Positions 46,701 through 59,500 are shown, counted from the first letter of the stretch. The stretch is DNA of 64,000 nt from Macrostomum lignano (GCA_002269645.1 NIVC01003531.1:1-64000); one strand, 5' to 3'. Numbers and translations are program-made. The notes: generated by a model not told the origin, from the sequence alone.

Positions 46701-49700
46701 GGGATGGCGGCAGACATCAAAGAGAGCGGCGATTGGGATGGCAGCAGACATAGAGTGGGATGGGGATGGCGGGAGACATCAAAGAGTGGGATGGGGAAGG
46801 CGGCAGACATCAAAGAGTGGGATGGGGAAGGCGGCAGACATCAAAGAGTGGGATGGGGAAGGCGGCAGACATCAAAGAGTAGGATGGATGGCGGCAGACA
46901 TTAAAGAGTGGGATGGGGAAGGCGGCAGACATCAAAGAGTGGGATTGGGATGGCGGCAGACATCAAAGAGTGGGATGGGATGGCGGCAGACATTAGAGAA
47001 TTATACAAAAAACAAACCTTGAAGTGCGGCAGGCTCTGCTCGGCAATATCCGGGTGCAGCTGGGTGAACTCAACCAGAAAAGTGCACAGCGCCCCAGTTC
47101 CCGCCGTGTTCTTCTCCAAGTCGGCGGATGAGTAGCTGGCCAGCTCCTGCGGCAGGTGGAGTGAGGCGATTCAGTGTGGAGTTCTGGGTTGGGGGGATTC
47201 TCTCAGCGGGTTGGGGGCGATTCTCTCAGAGTGGATTGGGAGCGATTCTCTCAGAGTGGATTGGGGGCGATTCTCTCAGAGTGGATTGGGGGCGATTCTC
47301 TCAGAGTGGATTGGGGGCGATTCTCTCAGAGTGGATTGGGGGCGATTCTCTCAGAGTGGATTGGGGGCGATTCTCTCAGAGTGGGTTGGGGGCGATTCTC
47401 TCAGAGTGGATTGGGGGCGATTCTCTCAGAGTGGGTTGGGGGCGATTCTCTCAGAGTGGGTTGGGGTGATTCTCTCAGAGTGGGTTGGGGCGATTCTCTC
47501 AGAGTGGGTTGGGGGCGATTCTCTCAGAGTGGGTTGGGGACGATTCTCTCAGAGTGGATTGGGGGCGATTCTCTCAGAGTGGGTTGGGGCGATTCTCTCA
47601 GAGTGGGTTGGGGTGATTCTCTCAGAGTGGGTTGGGGCGATTCTCTCAGAGTGGGTTGGGGCGATTCTCTCAGAGTGGGTTGGGGCGATTCTCTTAGAGT
47701 GGATTGGGGGCGATTCTCTCAGAGTGGGTTGGGGGCGATTCTCTCAGAGTGGGTTGGGGACGATTCTCTCAGAGTGGATTGGGGGCGATTCTCTCAGAGT
47801 GGGTTGGGGGCGATTCTCTCAGAGTGGATGGGGGCGATTCTCTCAGAGTGGATGGGGGCGATTCTCTCAGGGTGTGTTGGAGGTGGTTCGGCATTGAAGC
47901 GCTAGTTCGCACCTGCAGGAAGGCGGACACGAAGCAGCGCATATCGTTCTGCTGGCCAGCCAGAAAGCCGTTAACCAGGTGCACGACCTGATTGGGCTGA
48001 GGCTGCTCGCACATGACCAGCAGCTGGCTCAGCTTGATGGCGCCCGTCCGGCTGTAGTTGTAGCTGCGCACCAGCCTGGTCAGGATGCTGGTCACGGGTT
48101 CGCGCACCTCCTGGATGCGGATGAAGCTAGGGTTGTCCAGCACCCGGAAGCACAGGTCTCCAATGAGGTTGACGAAGTCCTCCTCAATGACTGGCGGCTC
48201 CCACAGCATGTGCAGCTGCAGCAGGCACAGCTGCTTCACCTGTTCGACCAGGCCGGAGACTTCGTCGTCCCAGCGCAGGCGGATCATCTCGGCGCAGGCG
48301 GCGCTTGACGCCTTCTTCTTGCGGCCCTTCTTGGTGCCCGGGATCGGCTTGCCGCTGCCCAGGTCCGCCTCAAACAGCTCCAGCTGCTGCGTCACCAGGA
48401 ACATCTGGGAGGGGGAGGGTGGCTTGTGTCGCCTGCTAGCTGGATGTTGGGGGCCTGGCTGCACCTTCAGTGCTTCAGGGTGTCCTGAGTCTGCCTTCAG
48501 TGCTTCAGGGTGCCCTGAGTCTGTCTTCAGTGCTTCAGGGTGTCCTAAGTTTGCCTTCAGTGCTTCAGGGTGCCCTGAGTCTGCCTTCAGTGCTCCAGGG
48601 TGCCCTGAGTCTGCCTTCAGTGCTTCAGGGTGTCCTAAGTTTGCCTTCAGTGCTTCAGGGTGTCCTGAGTCTGCCTTCAGTGCTCCAGGGTGTCCTGGGT
48701 CTGCCTTTAGTGCTCCAGGGTGCCCTGAGTCTGCCTTCAGTGCTTCAGGGTGTCCTGAGTCTGCCTTCAGTGCTCCAGGGTGCCCTGGGTCTGCCTTCAG
48801 TGCTTCAGGGTGTCCTAAGTTTGCCTTCAGTGCTTCAGGGTGTCCTGAGTCTGCCTTCAGTGCTCCAGGGTGCCCTGAGTCTGACTTCAGTGCTTCAGGG
48901 TGTCCTAAGTTTGCCTTCAGTGCTTCAGGGTGTCCTAAGTTTGCCTTCAGTGCTCCAGGGTGTCCTGAGTCTGCCTTCAGTGCTTCAGGGTGTCCTAAGT
49001 TTGCCTTCAGTGCTCCAGGGTGTCCTGAGTCTGCCTTCAGTGCTCTGGGGTGTCCTGAGTCTGCCTTCAGTGCTCTGGGGTGTCCTGAGTCTGCCTTCAG
49101 TGCTCCAGGGTGTCCTGAGTCTGCCTTCAGTACTTCAGGGTGTCCTGAGTCTGCCTTCAGTGCTTCAGGATGTCCTAAGTGCCTTCAGTGCTCCAGGGTG
49201 TCCTGAGTCTGCCTTCAGTGCTCTGGGGTGTCCTGAGTCTGCCTTCAGTGCTCTGGGGTGTCCTGAGTCTGCCTTCAGTGCTCTGGGGTGTTATAAGTCT
49301 GCCACACTAAGTCTGTCTTGGAGTGCTTAATGATCTCAAAGTTTATCTTCAGCGCCTGCGCCAGGGTCTTCAGTGGTCCCTGGTTCCCTTTGTGTGTCCA
49401 GTGACGCCAGGGTCTTCAGTGGTCCCTGGTTCCCTTTGTGTGTCCAGTGACGCCAGGGTCTTCAGTGGTCCCTGGTTCCCTTTGTGTGTCCAGTGACGCC
49501 AGGGTCTTCAGTGGTCCCTGGCTCCCTTTGTGTGTCCAGTGACGCCAGGGTCTTCAGTGGTCCCTGGCTCCCTTAGTGTGTCCAGTGAACCAAAGCCAGA
49601 AATAAATCTGCCTGACTGCCAGACCAACCCACCAGCATCTTCAGCGCATTCCTGGCGTGGCAGCGCTCATCAGACGACATTCCGGGCGAGTCGCCAGTGA

Positions 49701-50013
49701 CGTCACCGAGCGACTTGGCCAGGCTGACAACGGTGAAGTGACAGCACTCGGCCAGGATGTCCCAGGCGTCCTCCTTGGCGGACTGGGCAATGTCCTGCCA
49801 GTGGCAGAGCAGGCTGTAGAGCGCATTGAAGCCGTGCAGGGGGAACAGGGACCGGTGCGACTGCAGCAGGCCGCGGCACTCCTTCAGGCGAGCTGGCAGG
49901 CTGTGGGCCCCAAACAGTTCGCTAACATAGAACTGGCGGGGCGCTCGCTTCTGCAAATCCTCGCGAGCAACTGGGAAGAAAAATTCTGGCACTGACTGAC
50001 TGCTTGAGCTCAT
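34703..50013 (-). CDS. NCAPD2: Condensin complex subunit 1 (CAP-D2), ~1481 aa, 11 exons
   Basis: Exons (minus): 50013-49633, 48404-47913, 47146-47018, 46353-45949, 45282-44918, 44372-44260, 42816-42320, 39144-38767, 38280-37864, 37108-36461, 35323-34703; all GT-AG and in phase, total 4446 nt. Diagnostic motifs: EFFFPVAREDL, NALKM, LWEPPVIEEDFVNL, IRANLIVALGDLAKRFPNLVEPWT, LSHLILNDMIKVKGQISEM, LYNVLPDIINRLS, LVEKLC..F/L..QWRDFAYCL. Confidence 0.96.
35375..36345. repeat. 22-bp minisatellite (ctatgggcttgcttcagggcga), CAP-D2 intron 10
   Basis: Tandem array. Confidence 0.96.
37116..37788. repeat. 25-bp minisatellite (gagtgagtgaagagtgagtgaaccg), CAP-D2 intron 9
   Basis: Period 25. Confidence 0.96.
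38380..38705. repeat. 32-bp minisatellite (ggctgctgagggactggagggggcagagcaca), CAP-D2 intron 8
   Basis: Period 32, about 10 units. Confidence 0.96.
39186..42312. repeat. 12/24-bp minisatellite (tgtcggtaaaat/tgtcggtgaatg), 3.1 kb, CAP-D2 intron 7
   Basis: Tandem array with a 754-bp higher-order duplication. Confidence 0.97.
43425..44050. repeat. 30-bp minisatellite (gtgtcccgtgacctacgcatgacccagaaa), CAP-D2 intron 6
   Basis: Period 30. Confidence 0.96.
45368..45872. repeat. 20-bp minisatellite (gcatcaggagtgactcataa), CAP-D2 intron 4
   Basis: Period 20. Confidence 0.96.
46430..46995. repeat. 30-31-bp minisatellite (ggcggcagacatcaaagagtgggatgggga), CAP-D2 intron 3
   Basis: Tandem array with variants. 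Confidence 0.95.
47190..47872. repeat. 24-25-bp minisatellite (gggggcgattctctcagagtggatt), CAP-D2 intron 2
   Basis: Period 25. Confidence 0.96.
48462..49292. repeat. 30-bp minisatellite (gggtgtcctgagtctgccttcagtgcttca), CAP-D2 intron 1
   Basis: Period 30. Confidence 0.96.
49361..49590. repeat. 46-bp minisatellite x5, CAP-D2 intron 1
   Basis: ccagggtcttcagtgg at 49361, 49407, 49453, 49499, 49545. Confidence 0.96.
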
Positions 50014-50849
50014 AGTAGGGCATAAAAATTCAGTAATAAACTTGAGTAGCACTGCTCATCAAGACTGTGTATTTAGTCTACTAACTTAATTTTAGCCAAA
50101 AAAGGTCGTCTGGAAATAAAGTTTATTGTAATTTTTGCAATCAACTTATGAACTAAATTACTTTGACATTTATACTTAGAAATAGTATGATCAGTAAAAG
50201 ATAATCTATTATATATTATCAATATTGATATTTATTGATATTTAAATCTAATCTAATCTAGTTATTAATCTTATGGCTTAGGCCCACAAATACTAGAAAA
50301 ATTGGATAGGCCAATCAGCACATTTGCATGCAAAGTACTTTCAGTTCAGTAGTAAGTTAAACTAATGTATTTTAATATATTTTTTAAAGACGAGGCTTAT
50401 TTATTGGCTATTACCTTCCCCAAAGCTTCAATGCTTAAACTCCACAGAACCTCTATCCCTGCCCTGCCACCAAAATTTTATTATCTTCCTTGGTTGTTCC
50501 AGCCTAAATCTGCCTTGTACATTTCAGTGGCCAATGTACATTATGGTTGAACCAATTAGCAAGCTATTTACATCTGCAAGCTTGGGCTTATAAACTTATC
50601 AAAGATATCTTAGCTGTTTTTCTTTATAAAATAGCTTTGGTCTTCTTTTTTGCTACTGAACTTAAAATAGAAAGCTTTTTGCAAAGTATATATGCATGAG
50701 TGGCTTATCTAATTATTCTAGTATTTGTGCTTAGGCCTAAGCATGAATGAAACAATATATATTAGTTGAACATTTAAATATTTATGTTTATAATTTAGTA
50801 TAAACTTTTATCAATAAGCCCTATAATATAAAAAACTAGATTAGCTACT

Positions 50850-53220
50850 ATCTATATATATAATGAGACCAACTCCTCTGCTAGAGAAAGGGAAAAAACA
50901 CCCATCACTGGAAATCTATTTCCTGAAATCCATCAGCTGAATTCCATGACCCAAATCCCATCATCCAACACCTTTCAAAAACAGAAATCCTCTCTGTGAA
51001 ACCAGACTCAATGGCAATTTTCTCCATCAAACAGAACTCTCAGGATTCATTAATTAGGGTTAGGATTAGGGTTAGAGCTATTCACAGCTGCCTGTTAAAA
51101 GGCGCCACTAAAAACATTGAACCAATTGAATCAATTGATTATGCAACTGATTTCTCAGACAATCAGTATCAGTCTTGGTTAAAGTTAATAAAATGATTGC
51201 ACACCTAAATCAACCCCCCCCCAATACACAGCAACAGACCCCTTCCAATATGCAGTACAGCTAGAAATTGAACCTCCAAACTCTTGCGGGGTTTTTTGAA
51301 CCTTCATTGAAGCCCAAAATGGGTACAATCTTTGCAGAAAGTTAAAAGTATGAAAATTGTTTTTTGAATGTTGTGCTTTTCAATTTCATATTTAAAGAAA
51401 ACAACTTATATCCCTGAATTCAGCATTTCAAGATCTTTTTAGAAATATAAGTCTCTCCTCTCAAATTTTAAAATTTGAGGAACAGTTAATGTTTGAACTT
51501 CCCAATTTAAAGCATTGAAGTATCTCGTGTACATTCACTTGCCTGCTAGCTAGTAAAAAGAGGCTTGCAATTTTATTCATTGAATTTCACTGCCTAGCTA
51601 ATACACAGCCTTTTGAAAAATTCCAATAATAAAACCAATTGAATCTCAACACAGTCCTATCTATCTGTTTACACTGTACATTGCTATGTACACTCAGCCC
51701 AAACCAACCCCCCTATTCTGCAGGAATCATTAAATTTTACTGCACCCTAACACGCGGGGGTTTTATTTGCATTGAACCCAGAACACACATCACCTACCCT
51801 TCCAATACACAGCAACCTGTGGGAGGAGATTGGGGTGGTTGTTTTTATAAATATGCCATTACTCCTCCACTGAAGAGGCAAAGTGGCCAAAGAAAGAAGG
51901 TTAAAAACAGTTTTCTGCTTTTTTAAGACTTAATTTAAAAAAATTCAACATTAAAATAGCCTATTTGTTACATAGGAAACTTTTGCATTGATATATACAA
52001 GTCCCGCATTTGAGTTGGTAGCCATCTAGGAGGAGATATGCATTAAACCCGGTTAATTTGACCAGTCCACTCAGCTTTAGATATAAGAGAGGCCAACTCC
52101 ACTGCTGGAGGAGAAAAAGGAAGAACTCCTATCACTGGAATTCTATTCCCTGAAATCCATCAGCTGAATCCCTCAACCTGAATCCTATCATTCAACTCAT
52201 CTCCAAAGAATCTCCAAAAAATCCTCTTTGTGAAACTGAACATCATCAAAATCCTCTCCACAAAATAGAAATCCTTTTTGTGAGACAAAAAAATTTTTAT
52301 AAAGCCTCTCCATCAAACAGAAATCAACTCTCTGGACTTAGTGGCTAGGGTTAGGGTTAGAGTTTGAGCTGCTCAGAGCTGGGCATTCAAATGTGCCGAT
52401 ACTATAAAAATTAAAACAAGTAAAACAATTGATTTCTCCATCAGTCAGTATCAGTCTCAATTAAAGTTAAAAAATGATTACGCAATCTAAATCAACCCTC
52501 CAATACATAGCAACCAACCCCTTCTACTACAGTGGCAGTTAAAAATTGAAACCCCCAACTAGTGGGGGTCGGTTGAAACCCCATTCAACCCCAAAATGAG
52601 TACAATCTTAGCAGAAATTTAAAAGTACAGAAATCATTTTTTTGAATGTTGTGCTTTTAGATTTTATACTTAAAGCAAAAAACTTATATCCTTGAACTTA
52701 GCATTGAAAGATCTTTCTAGCAATAAAGTCTTTTCTCACAAAGTTCAAAACTCAAGGAACAGTGTTTATGTCTGAAATTGCCCAGTTTAAAGCATTGAAT
52801 TTTTTTAGTGTACATTCACTGTCTGCTACAGTGAGAGACTTGCAAGTTTATGCATTGAATTTTACTGTTTGCCAGTTAGCAAGGGTCCAGGTATACACAC
52901 ATAGCCACTTAGAATGCCCCAAAACCCCTACTAGAGAGAAAATACACTGCCAAGATAGGAAAAAGTTATGGCATAATCATTCAAAATTGATGCAACTTCA
53001 GTTCAGAGCAGGAAAAGTGGCCAAAGAAGGTTAAGAAAACAGTTTTCTGCTTTTTAACAGACTTAATTTTAAAAAGTTAAACATTAAAATAGTCTATTTG
53101 TTGCATAGGAAAATTCTGCATTGATATATATAAATCCCACATTTAAGTTGGCAGCCATCTAGGAAGAGATATGCATTAAACCTAGTCAATCAACTAGTCC
53201 ACTCAGCTTTAGATATGAGA
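50850..53220. repeat. Diverged tandem duplication of a ~1.15-1.2-kb AT-rich, CpG-poor unit upstream of CAP-D2
   Basis: Shared blocks: ctgaaatccatcagctgaat (~50922, ~52160); acagttttctgc...ccactcagcttt (~51907-52078, ~53039-53210); short TTAGGG-like runs (~51055, ~52346). Confidence 0.8.
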
Positions 53221-53627
53221 TGAAAAATAGAAGCCTAATTTGAAAATAATAGAAATCACAAAAATTTAATTTTAATAAGGTCTATATACTTAACTTAAAA
53301 TGGTTAGGCCCCATAAAAATAATAACTTTGACATATATTGACCTAAGAATAAACCTAATTTTAATAGCTTTTTGTTTTTATAAGAAGTTTTAAACCCAAA
53401 ACACCCTAATCCTAACTATTCCAAAAGTAGTTTAAAAGTAATATCCAAAAAGACCTTATTACTATCATAGTTGCAATACCTTTTTATGAACATATATTTA
53501 AACAAAGGAAAGAATCACTAAATAATGGTTTTATATAGCAAGAAATATTGCCAAAACTTTTAAAATTAGAAAAATAAAAAAATTAAGCCAAAGACAGTTT
53601 TATATAACTATTCAACCTTATCTATGG

Positions 53628-55076
53628 TGTAGTGAGTTGCTAGTTTAGTTAGGCGCTGCACTAGTCAGCTGTTGCCCTCGCCCTCACTCTAGGCTCCTGT
53701 CTGCCGCTGGGCAGTTGCCTGTCTCTTCTCGCCTGTCCTCTGGCCTATCCCTTGCCCATTTGCCTATCTGTCTGTTTGTCCTTGTTTGCCCCCGTTTGCC
53801 TCCTGTTCTTGTTTTGCAGTGCCCAGACAGCTTGGTCTGGCCTGCCTTTGTTTTTTTCTCTGTCTGGCATCTCCAAATTTGGAAGTGCTATTCTGTTTTC
53901 TGGTCCCATAGTCACGAGTGCCTTCACTTGTAGGCCTTTTCCCCTTTGTCATGTGAGCCAGTCACATGACAAGGCCTTCTTCCTTCTTTAGTCCAAAGTG
54001 CAATGATTTCATCATTGTACGCTGGGCTCATGTTTATAGGAGATCACGTGCGCCTGGACCTCCTTGCCTCCTCTAAGGCAGGACCCGCTTGTTTGTTGCT
54101 AAAAATAGCAATAGTCACTCATGACTCTCAGTGGGGGCTGGGTTTTTTTTCGTCCATAACTTGGGTGCGATTTCGCACCCTGTGCTAGATTTCAGGGTGC
54201 GATTTTCAAGACCAGGATGCGCTGCACTGCTGCAAACAAAAACTGGTCTAATACTAATAGTAACTGCAGGAGTGTACTATTCAGTATTCAATTCATCAGG
54301 TTGTGCTTACCAATACCAAAATCTAATTGATAGTTGACAATTTCTTTACATTAATTCAAGATTCAAAAAATTACTGGCTAATTCTAAGAATACGAAGTTA
54401 TGGACTTAAGATGTCCATAACAGTAAAACACTAAATTGTAGTGGTAAAACCCGCATCACATCCTTGCAAAAATTTGGGTGCGCTTTTCGCACCCTGAGTC
54501 AAATTTCAGGGTGCGATTTTTAAGACCAGGATGCTATTCGCACCCATTCGCACAAAAAAACCCAGAGTGGGGGTCTTTCGTGCTATGGTGCAATTGATCC
54601 TCCCTATAAATGCAGCCCCTCTCATGGCTTGGTTCAGACAAGCCCATTTTCCCGAGTAACCATTCTCTTCGTCCAGCGAATACTCTAATTTTGTGTGCCA
54701 AGTTTGCGTCTAAGTCTGAACTCCCAAGACTCCCGACTTTGCATGTGACTGCCTCTGATTGCTCCTGCTATCAATTAGCAGGCCAGCTTGGATCGCCCAA
54801 AGCTAGCACTTTTGCTCTCATCCACACCAGCCTAGCAGGGACTGCTGACGGTGGGCACCTCTGCGCAAGAACTGCTAAATCTGCACGAAGTGCGAGTCTC
54901 TTTCTCTTGTCTTAGTTATTTGCATCTACGAGCTCAGAACCTCACCGAAGGGTGCAACTCTGCAAAGCTGGTGGCAGCATTACCAATGCTAAAAGATCAA
55001 CTTGAGGACTTTACAGGAGATCTCAAGATAGGCAGCTCTTGCGATTGACGGGGAAGTAACCAAAGCAAACACTTCA
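53628..55076 (+). repeat. 5' LTR (~1010 bp plus a 436-bp insertion with TSD)
   Basis: TG...CA ends (cacttca at 55076); aligns with 63332-64000; TATA-like ctataaat near 54604. Confidence 0.85.
54138..54565. mobile_element. 428-bp non-autonomous TIR element nested in the 5' LTR
   Basis: Absent from the 3' LTR (empty site); 12-bp TIR ctgggttttttt/aaaaaaacccag; 8-bp TSD agtggggg (54130-54137, 54566-54573); internal gggtgcg...cgcaccc palindromes. Confidence 0.9.
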
Positions 55077-55077
55077 T

Positions 55078-55098
55078 TGGTGACTTAGCAGTGGGATT
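55078..55098 (+). other. Primer-binding site, tRNA-Leu-like (degenerate)
   Basis: tggtgacttagcagtgggatt 1 nt after the LTR end; resembles TGGTGGCAGCGGTGGGATT, the complement of the tRNA-Leu 3' end. Confidence 0.55.
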
Positions 55099-55440
55099 TG
55101 ACGAGTCAATGACACGACTATCTGGGATTCAAGCGACAAGTCAAGGATCCAACTTTGAAACACCCAAGACAACCACTCTTTCGAGTAAGAATTCGGCTAT
55201 TCTACTAATTTGAAATGTTTAACAAGAGAGAAGAGAGCCGGTGCGCAGCAGCTAGTTGAGTCAGCACGAGCATATTAGCAGTTCAAGGCCTGCAGCAGCA
55301 GTCAACGACCTTGGTCAGCAAATGCTGCGGCAAAGTGCGAGAAGCGAAGTGTCCGAAAACACGCCAGACAAGCTTCTGCCAGGTTTGGACGACCTTGGCT
55401 AGAACATCAGGCCCCAGGATATGAGAATGATGATGGTAGC

Positions 55441-56378
55441 TCTGCAGTAGCAGATGGAATGGACAGTAAGCAAGTCTGTTAAGATTGTAAAGTACACGCC
55501 CAGCCAGGACATCCATGTCTGGCTCGCCACGATCGAGCAACACTGCAAGATGGAGCGTATCGAAGACCCGATCGAGATGAAGCAGCACCTCGTTGTGAGT
55601 CTAGATCTGGTGACTGCTTACCCGGCTCTGCTCAGTATGCACCTCCCATGCTATGCTAGCTACGAGGAGGTCAAGCAGTGATTGATCGAGAGATTCGCCT
55701 GCCACGGCAGCGCTGATGAATCGCTCGTATTGAGAGCTGCTGAGGCGCCATTAGCAAGGTAAGAATGAGTCAGCGGAGGAGTACACTGATGCCCTGCGCA
55801 CCTTGGGAGAGCAAGTATACCCTTGAATGCACCCTGAGGATCGAGAGCGGGAGCTGGCTGATCAGTTCCTAGCTGGCATCAGGACAACACCAGATCTGCG
55901 CAAGTGGCTTTATTGGGTCCGCCCGAACAATCTGCTGGCTGCTATTTGAGAACTCCATTGTCTGGAAGGCGCCAAGGAACTGGCGCAGCACTCTGCTCAA
56001 CCCCCGGTTCGCATGCTGAATGGGGAGCGCGATGGTGACCCAACGCCTGACGCCACCGCTTAAGCTCTCCTAGCTCTGATTGATCTGCTAGAGAAACAGT
56101 AGCGACTGCTAGACAACTTGGTGCAGCGTGACTAGCAGCAGAAGACGAGTCTGCCTGCGAAAGCCATGATCTGCTATGGCTGTGGTCAGCCTAGTCATCG
56201 CAATGCACAGTGCCTGTTACACCAGAACAAGGGAAACGGTGAGACGGAGAGCGCCCACGGCAACGCCCTCTGTAGAGCCCAAGCCCCGGCTACTTGGCAG
56301 ACTCCGAACGCTCACCAGAAGAAGAGGATGTCGGCTGCGCAGGCGCCAATGCCCAGTCCGACAGTCGCTTATCAGTAA
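55441..56378 (+). pseudogene. Degenerate gag with a CCHC zinc knuckle
   Basis: YTPSQDIHVWLATIEQHC...; CYGCGQPSHRNAQC (Cx2Cx4Hx4C) at ~56172; many TAG/TGA stops. Confidence 0.8.
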
Positions 56379-56559
56379 GTGAGGCTGAGTGTAGAGGTTT
56401 TGTGGATTTGATGATCAAAAAATCCATGCGCGTGAGGCTGATCCGTACGTCAACGGCCAATTGGCGGGCCGAGAAGTCCCTTTCCTACTAGACAGTGGCA
56501 GTCGGAATAGCGGCAGTCGGACCGCGCCTTCTCGCTGTGTCCCCTCTGGGATAGCCCTG

Positions 56560-59500
56560 CAGCTAAGTCAAAGGCAGTCGGAAAAACTTTTTTGGAGCAT
56601 TGACCTGGGCCAATGTTAGATGTAGGATGCCTTGTTGTATTATATCGCATGCTATCCCAGATTGCGTGACCATGTACAACGGTATGCAGCTACCCCTTGC
56701 TTGTAAGGTGATCATCCCGGTGGAGTTTGGTGATGTCATTGCGGACACCAAATTCCTGGTCACGGTCACCGATTGTGAAAATTTGCTTGGTATTAATTTC
56801 ATATGTGAGCACTGCCAGAACTTGGACTTTGCTCAAGGAATGCTAAAGTTCAACAATGGCATGTGCATTCCCGTTTGCTTTTCGCGCCATGAGCTTCAAT
56901 CATGCCAGGTATACACCTCCAAGAAGTGCACTTTGCCACCAAGAAGCTCAGCGCTGTTGGCCGTCCAGTTGGATGTCGGCCACCCTAAGAATCGAGGATC
57001 ACCATCAATCGTCGAGCTAGTGAAGTCGAGACTGCACCCCAGTTGCAACACTCTGGAAGCAGCTCCAGCTCTGATGACGATGCCTGAAGGTCGAGGCTAC
57101 ATTGAGGTCATCAACACTGCTGACTGTGAGGTGTTCCTGCAGTTGGGCATCCGCATTGGTGTTGCGACACCACTCAGAACTGCCGACCTGATTTACCTAG
57201 AAGAGACGCCGGAACCTGAAGTGCGACATTTGCCAAGGAACCCTGAAGACTCCAGCACAGCTTGGCTAGAGGAAGTTGAGATCAACAGCGAACTGTCCGA
57301 AGCTCAACGACAGAGAGTGCAAGATCTACTAGTTGAGTGTCAAGTAGCCTTCTTGAAGCACCTGCTAGACGCTGGCCTGACACACCTGGTGACCCACGAG
57401 ATCATCCTGAAGGATTGGACACCAGTTGCGCTACCACTGCGCAGGATCCCGCCTCATCTGAAGGACAAGCTTGATGCCTTGCTAGATGAGATGTTGGCTA
57501 AGCACGTCATTCACCCAGCCTATTCTAGCTACAACTTGCCAATGCTGATAGTGCCCAAGAAGGATGGCAATATCAGGCTAGTGCATGACTTTAGAGCTCT
57601 CAACGACAAGTGCGTGTACCACCAGTACCCACTGCCGCACATTCAAGAGACCTTCGCAAAGCTGCGTGGTGCCCAGTGGTACTCTAGCTTGGATCTCGCT
57701 CAAGGATTCTGGCAGATCCCGCTGCGCGACTGCGATTAGCACCTGATGACGTTCTCTGTGATTGACCACAGACAATTCTGTTTCAATGTTCTACCGATGG
57801 GTCTCTACAATAGTCCCGGCAGCTTTTAGCGTTGCATCAATAAGCTCCTGGATGGCCTGACGCCAAAGACTACGCTGGCTACATGGATGACATCATGGTG
57901 CACTTAGTGACCTTTGAGGAGCAGCTAGACAACCTGCAGACTGTACTCTAGTGGATAATTGCAGCCAACCTCAAGGTCAAGCCGAAGAAGTGCCAAGATT
58001 GTGCAGATCCATGATTGGCCCATGCCACAGTCCATTACTCAACTGAGACAATTCCTAGGCCTGGCCAATTACTACCACAAGTTTGTCAATGGCTACGCTG
58101 GATTTGCTGCGCCGCTGCATGCCCTGACTCGAAAGGACATCGGCAGCCTGTGGCAGCATTGGACTGATGAGCACCAGGTAGCATTTGACACGTTGAAGAA
58201 GAAGTTGTATTTGACTGAAGTTCTCACTCTGCCTGAGTTTAACTCAGATCTTGATATGAAGTTTGTCCTAGACACTGATGCCTCAGACATTCGCATAGGC
58301 GCTTGTCTTGGATAATGGCAATCTGACAGCATCAAGCGCCCAATTGCATTCTTTAGCTGGAAGCTTTGTGATCCTAAGAAGCGCTACATGGTCACGAAGA
58401 AAGAGCTGCTTGCAATTGTGGATGCAATGCAACATTTCCGTCATTATTTAATCAGCAAGAAGTTTGAAGTTCATTCTGACCATCGGGCCTTGCTGTGGCT
58501 GCTAAACCAGACACAGGTCACAGGCATCTTGGGCCGTTGGATTGAGCGATTAAGCGAGTTCCGCTTCCAGCTTCACTATCGCAAAGGCAAGGACCACGCC
58601 AATGCTGACGCCTTGTCAAGATGCCTAGAGACACCACCGGTTGACTTTGAACATGGCCAACTGCTGGAGCACCCCGGTTCTGCAGCCCAACCCGGTGATG
58701 ACACCAGCCTGGAGCCAGACTTGGACACCACACGTGGGGCCACTGCGAGAGCAGCCCGCACGAAGAAGGTCTACACTTGCAACAAGGAGGCCAAAACTGC
58801 CCTGGCTGAAGACCTAGAGGCCACTGCGCCAGCAGCCCTTCAGAATGACGACCATCGCTGCAGTCAATGCCTGGAGACTGGTTTGGACAGTAGCCTGGAG
58901 GCCACTGATACCTCAGCCCTCCGCAGTGATGCCCACGCTGACTGCCATTACTTGGAGATTCGCCCGGACAAAACCTTGGAGGCCACTGCCGATGTAGACC
59001 TCCTTGATAATGTCTAAGACTGCGGGTCTCCAAACCTAGAGATGCCCATAGACTACAACTCAGAGGCCACTAAACAAGCAGCCCTCCTGATGACAGCCCA
59101 CAACGCAAATCCAAACCAGCAATATAAGTTCAACTCCCCGGAGTTTTGCGCTGAGAGTTCTCGCCGTGTTGACAGAGGTCAGACTCTCGCAACGGCTGCA
59201 AGGTCAACACTCTGTCCCCCAAGCCGACAGACAGTTGCTTATTGCCTGTGCAGAAAGTCGAGTCCCCCTTCGCAACACCGCCTAGTGCTGGAGAAGACTC
59301 ACCCAATGACGACGATGATCGAGCCGACGGCTACAGCTGCCTGCAACGAGGCGTGCTTCACATGTTGCGTCCCACCCTACAGCCAAGAGTCGCCTGGGCT
59401 GTGCAGTGGAGGCAAGTGCACTGCTCCAGCTGCAGAAATTCCTGTCAAGAGAGCAACAATGAGAACTTTGAAACGAGATCAGCAATTACACGCCAACGTG

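Noticed and set aside
51050-52365. TTAGGG runs as telomere or interstitial telomere
   Set aside because: Only 2-4 imperfect units inside a duplicated block.
53620-53627. TSD of the LTR element
   Set aside because: The right end of the 3' LTR lies outside the window, so it cannot be checked.
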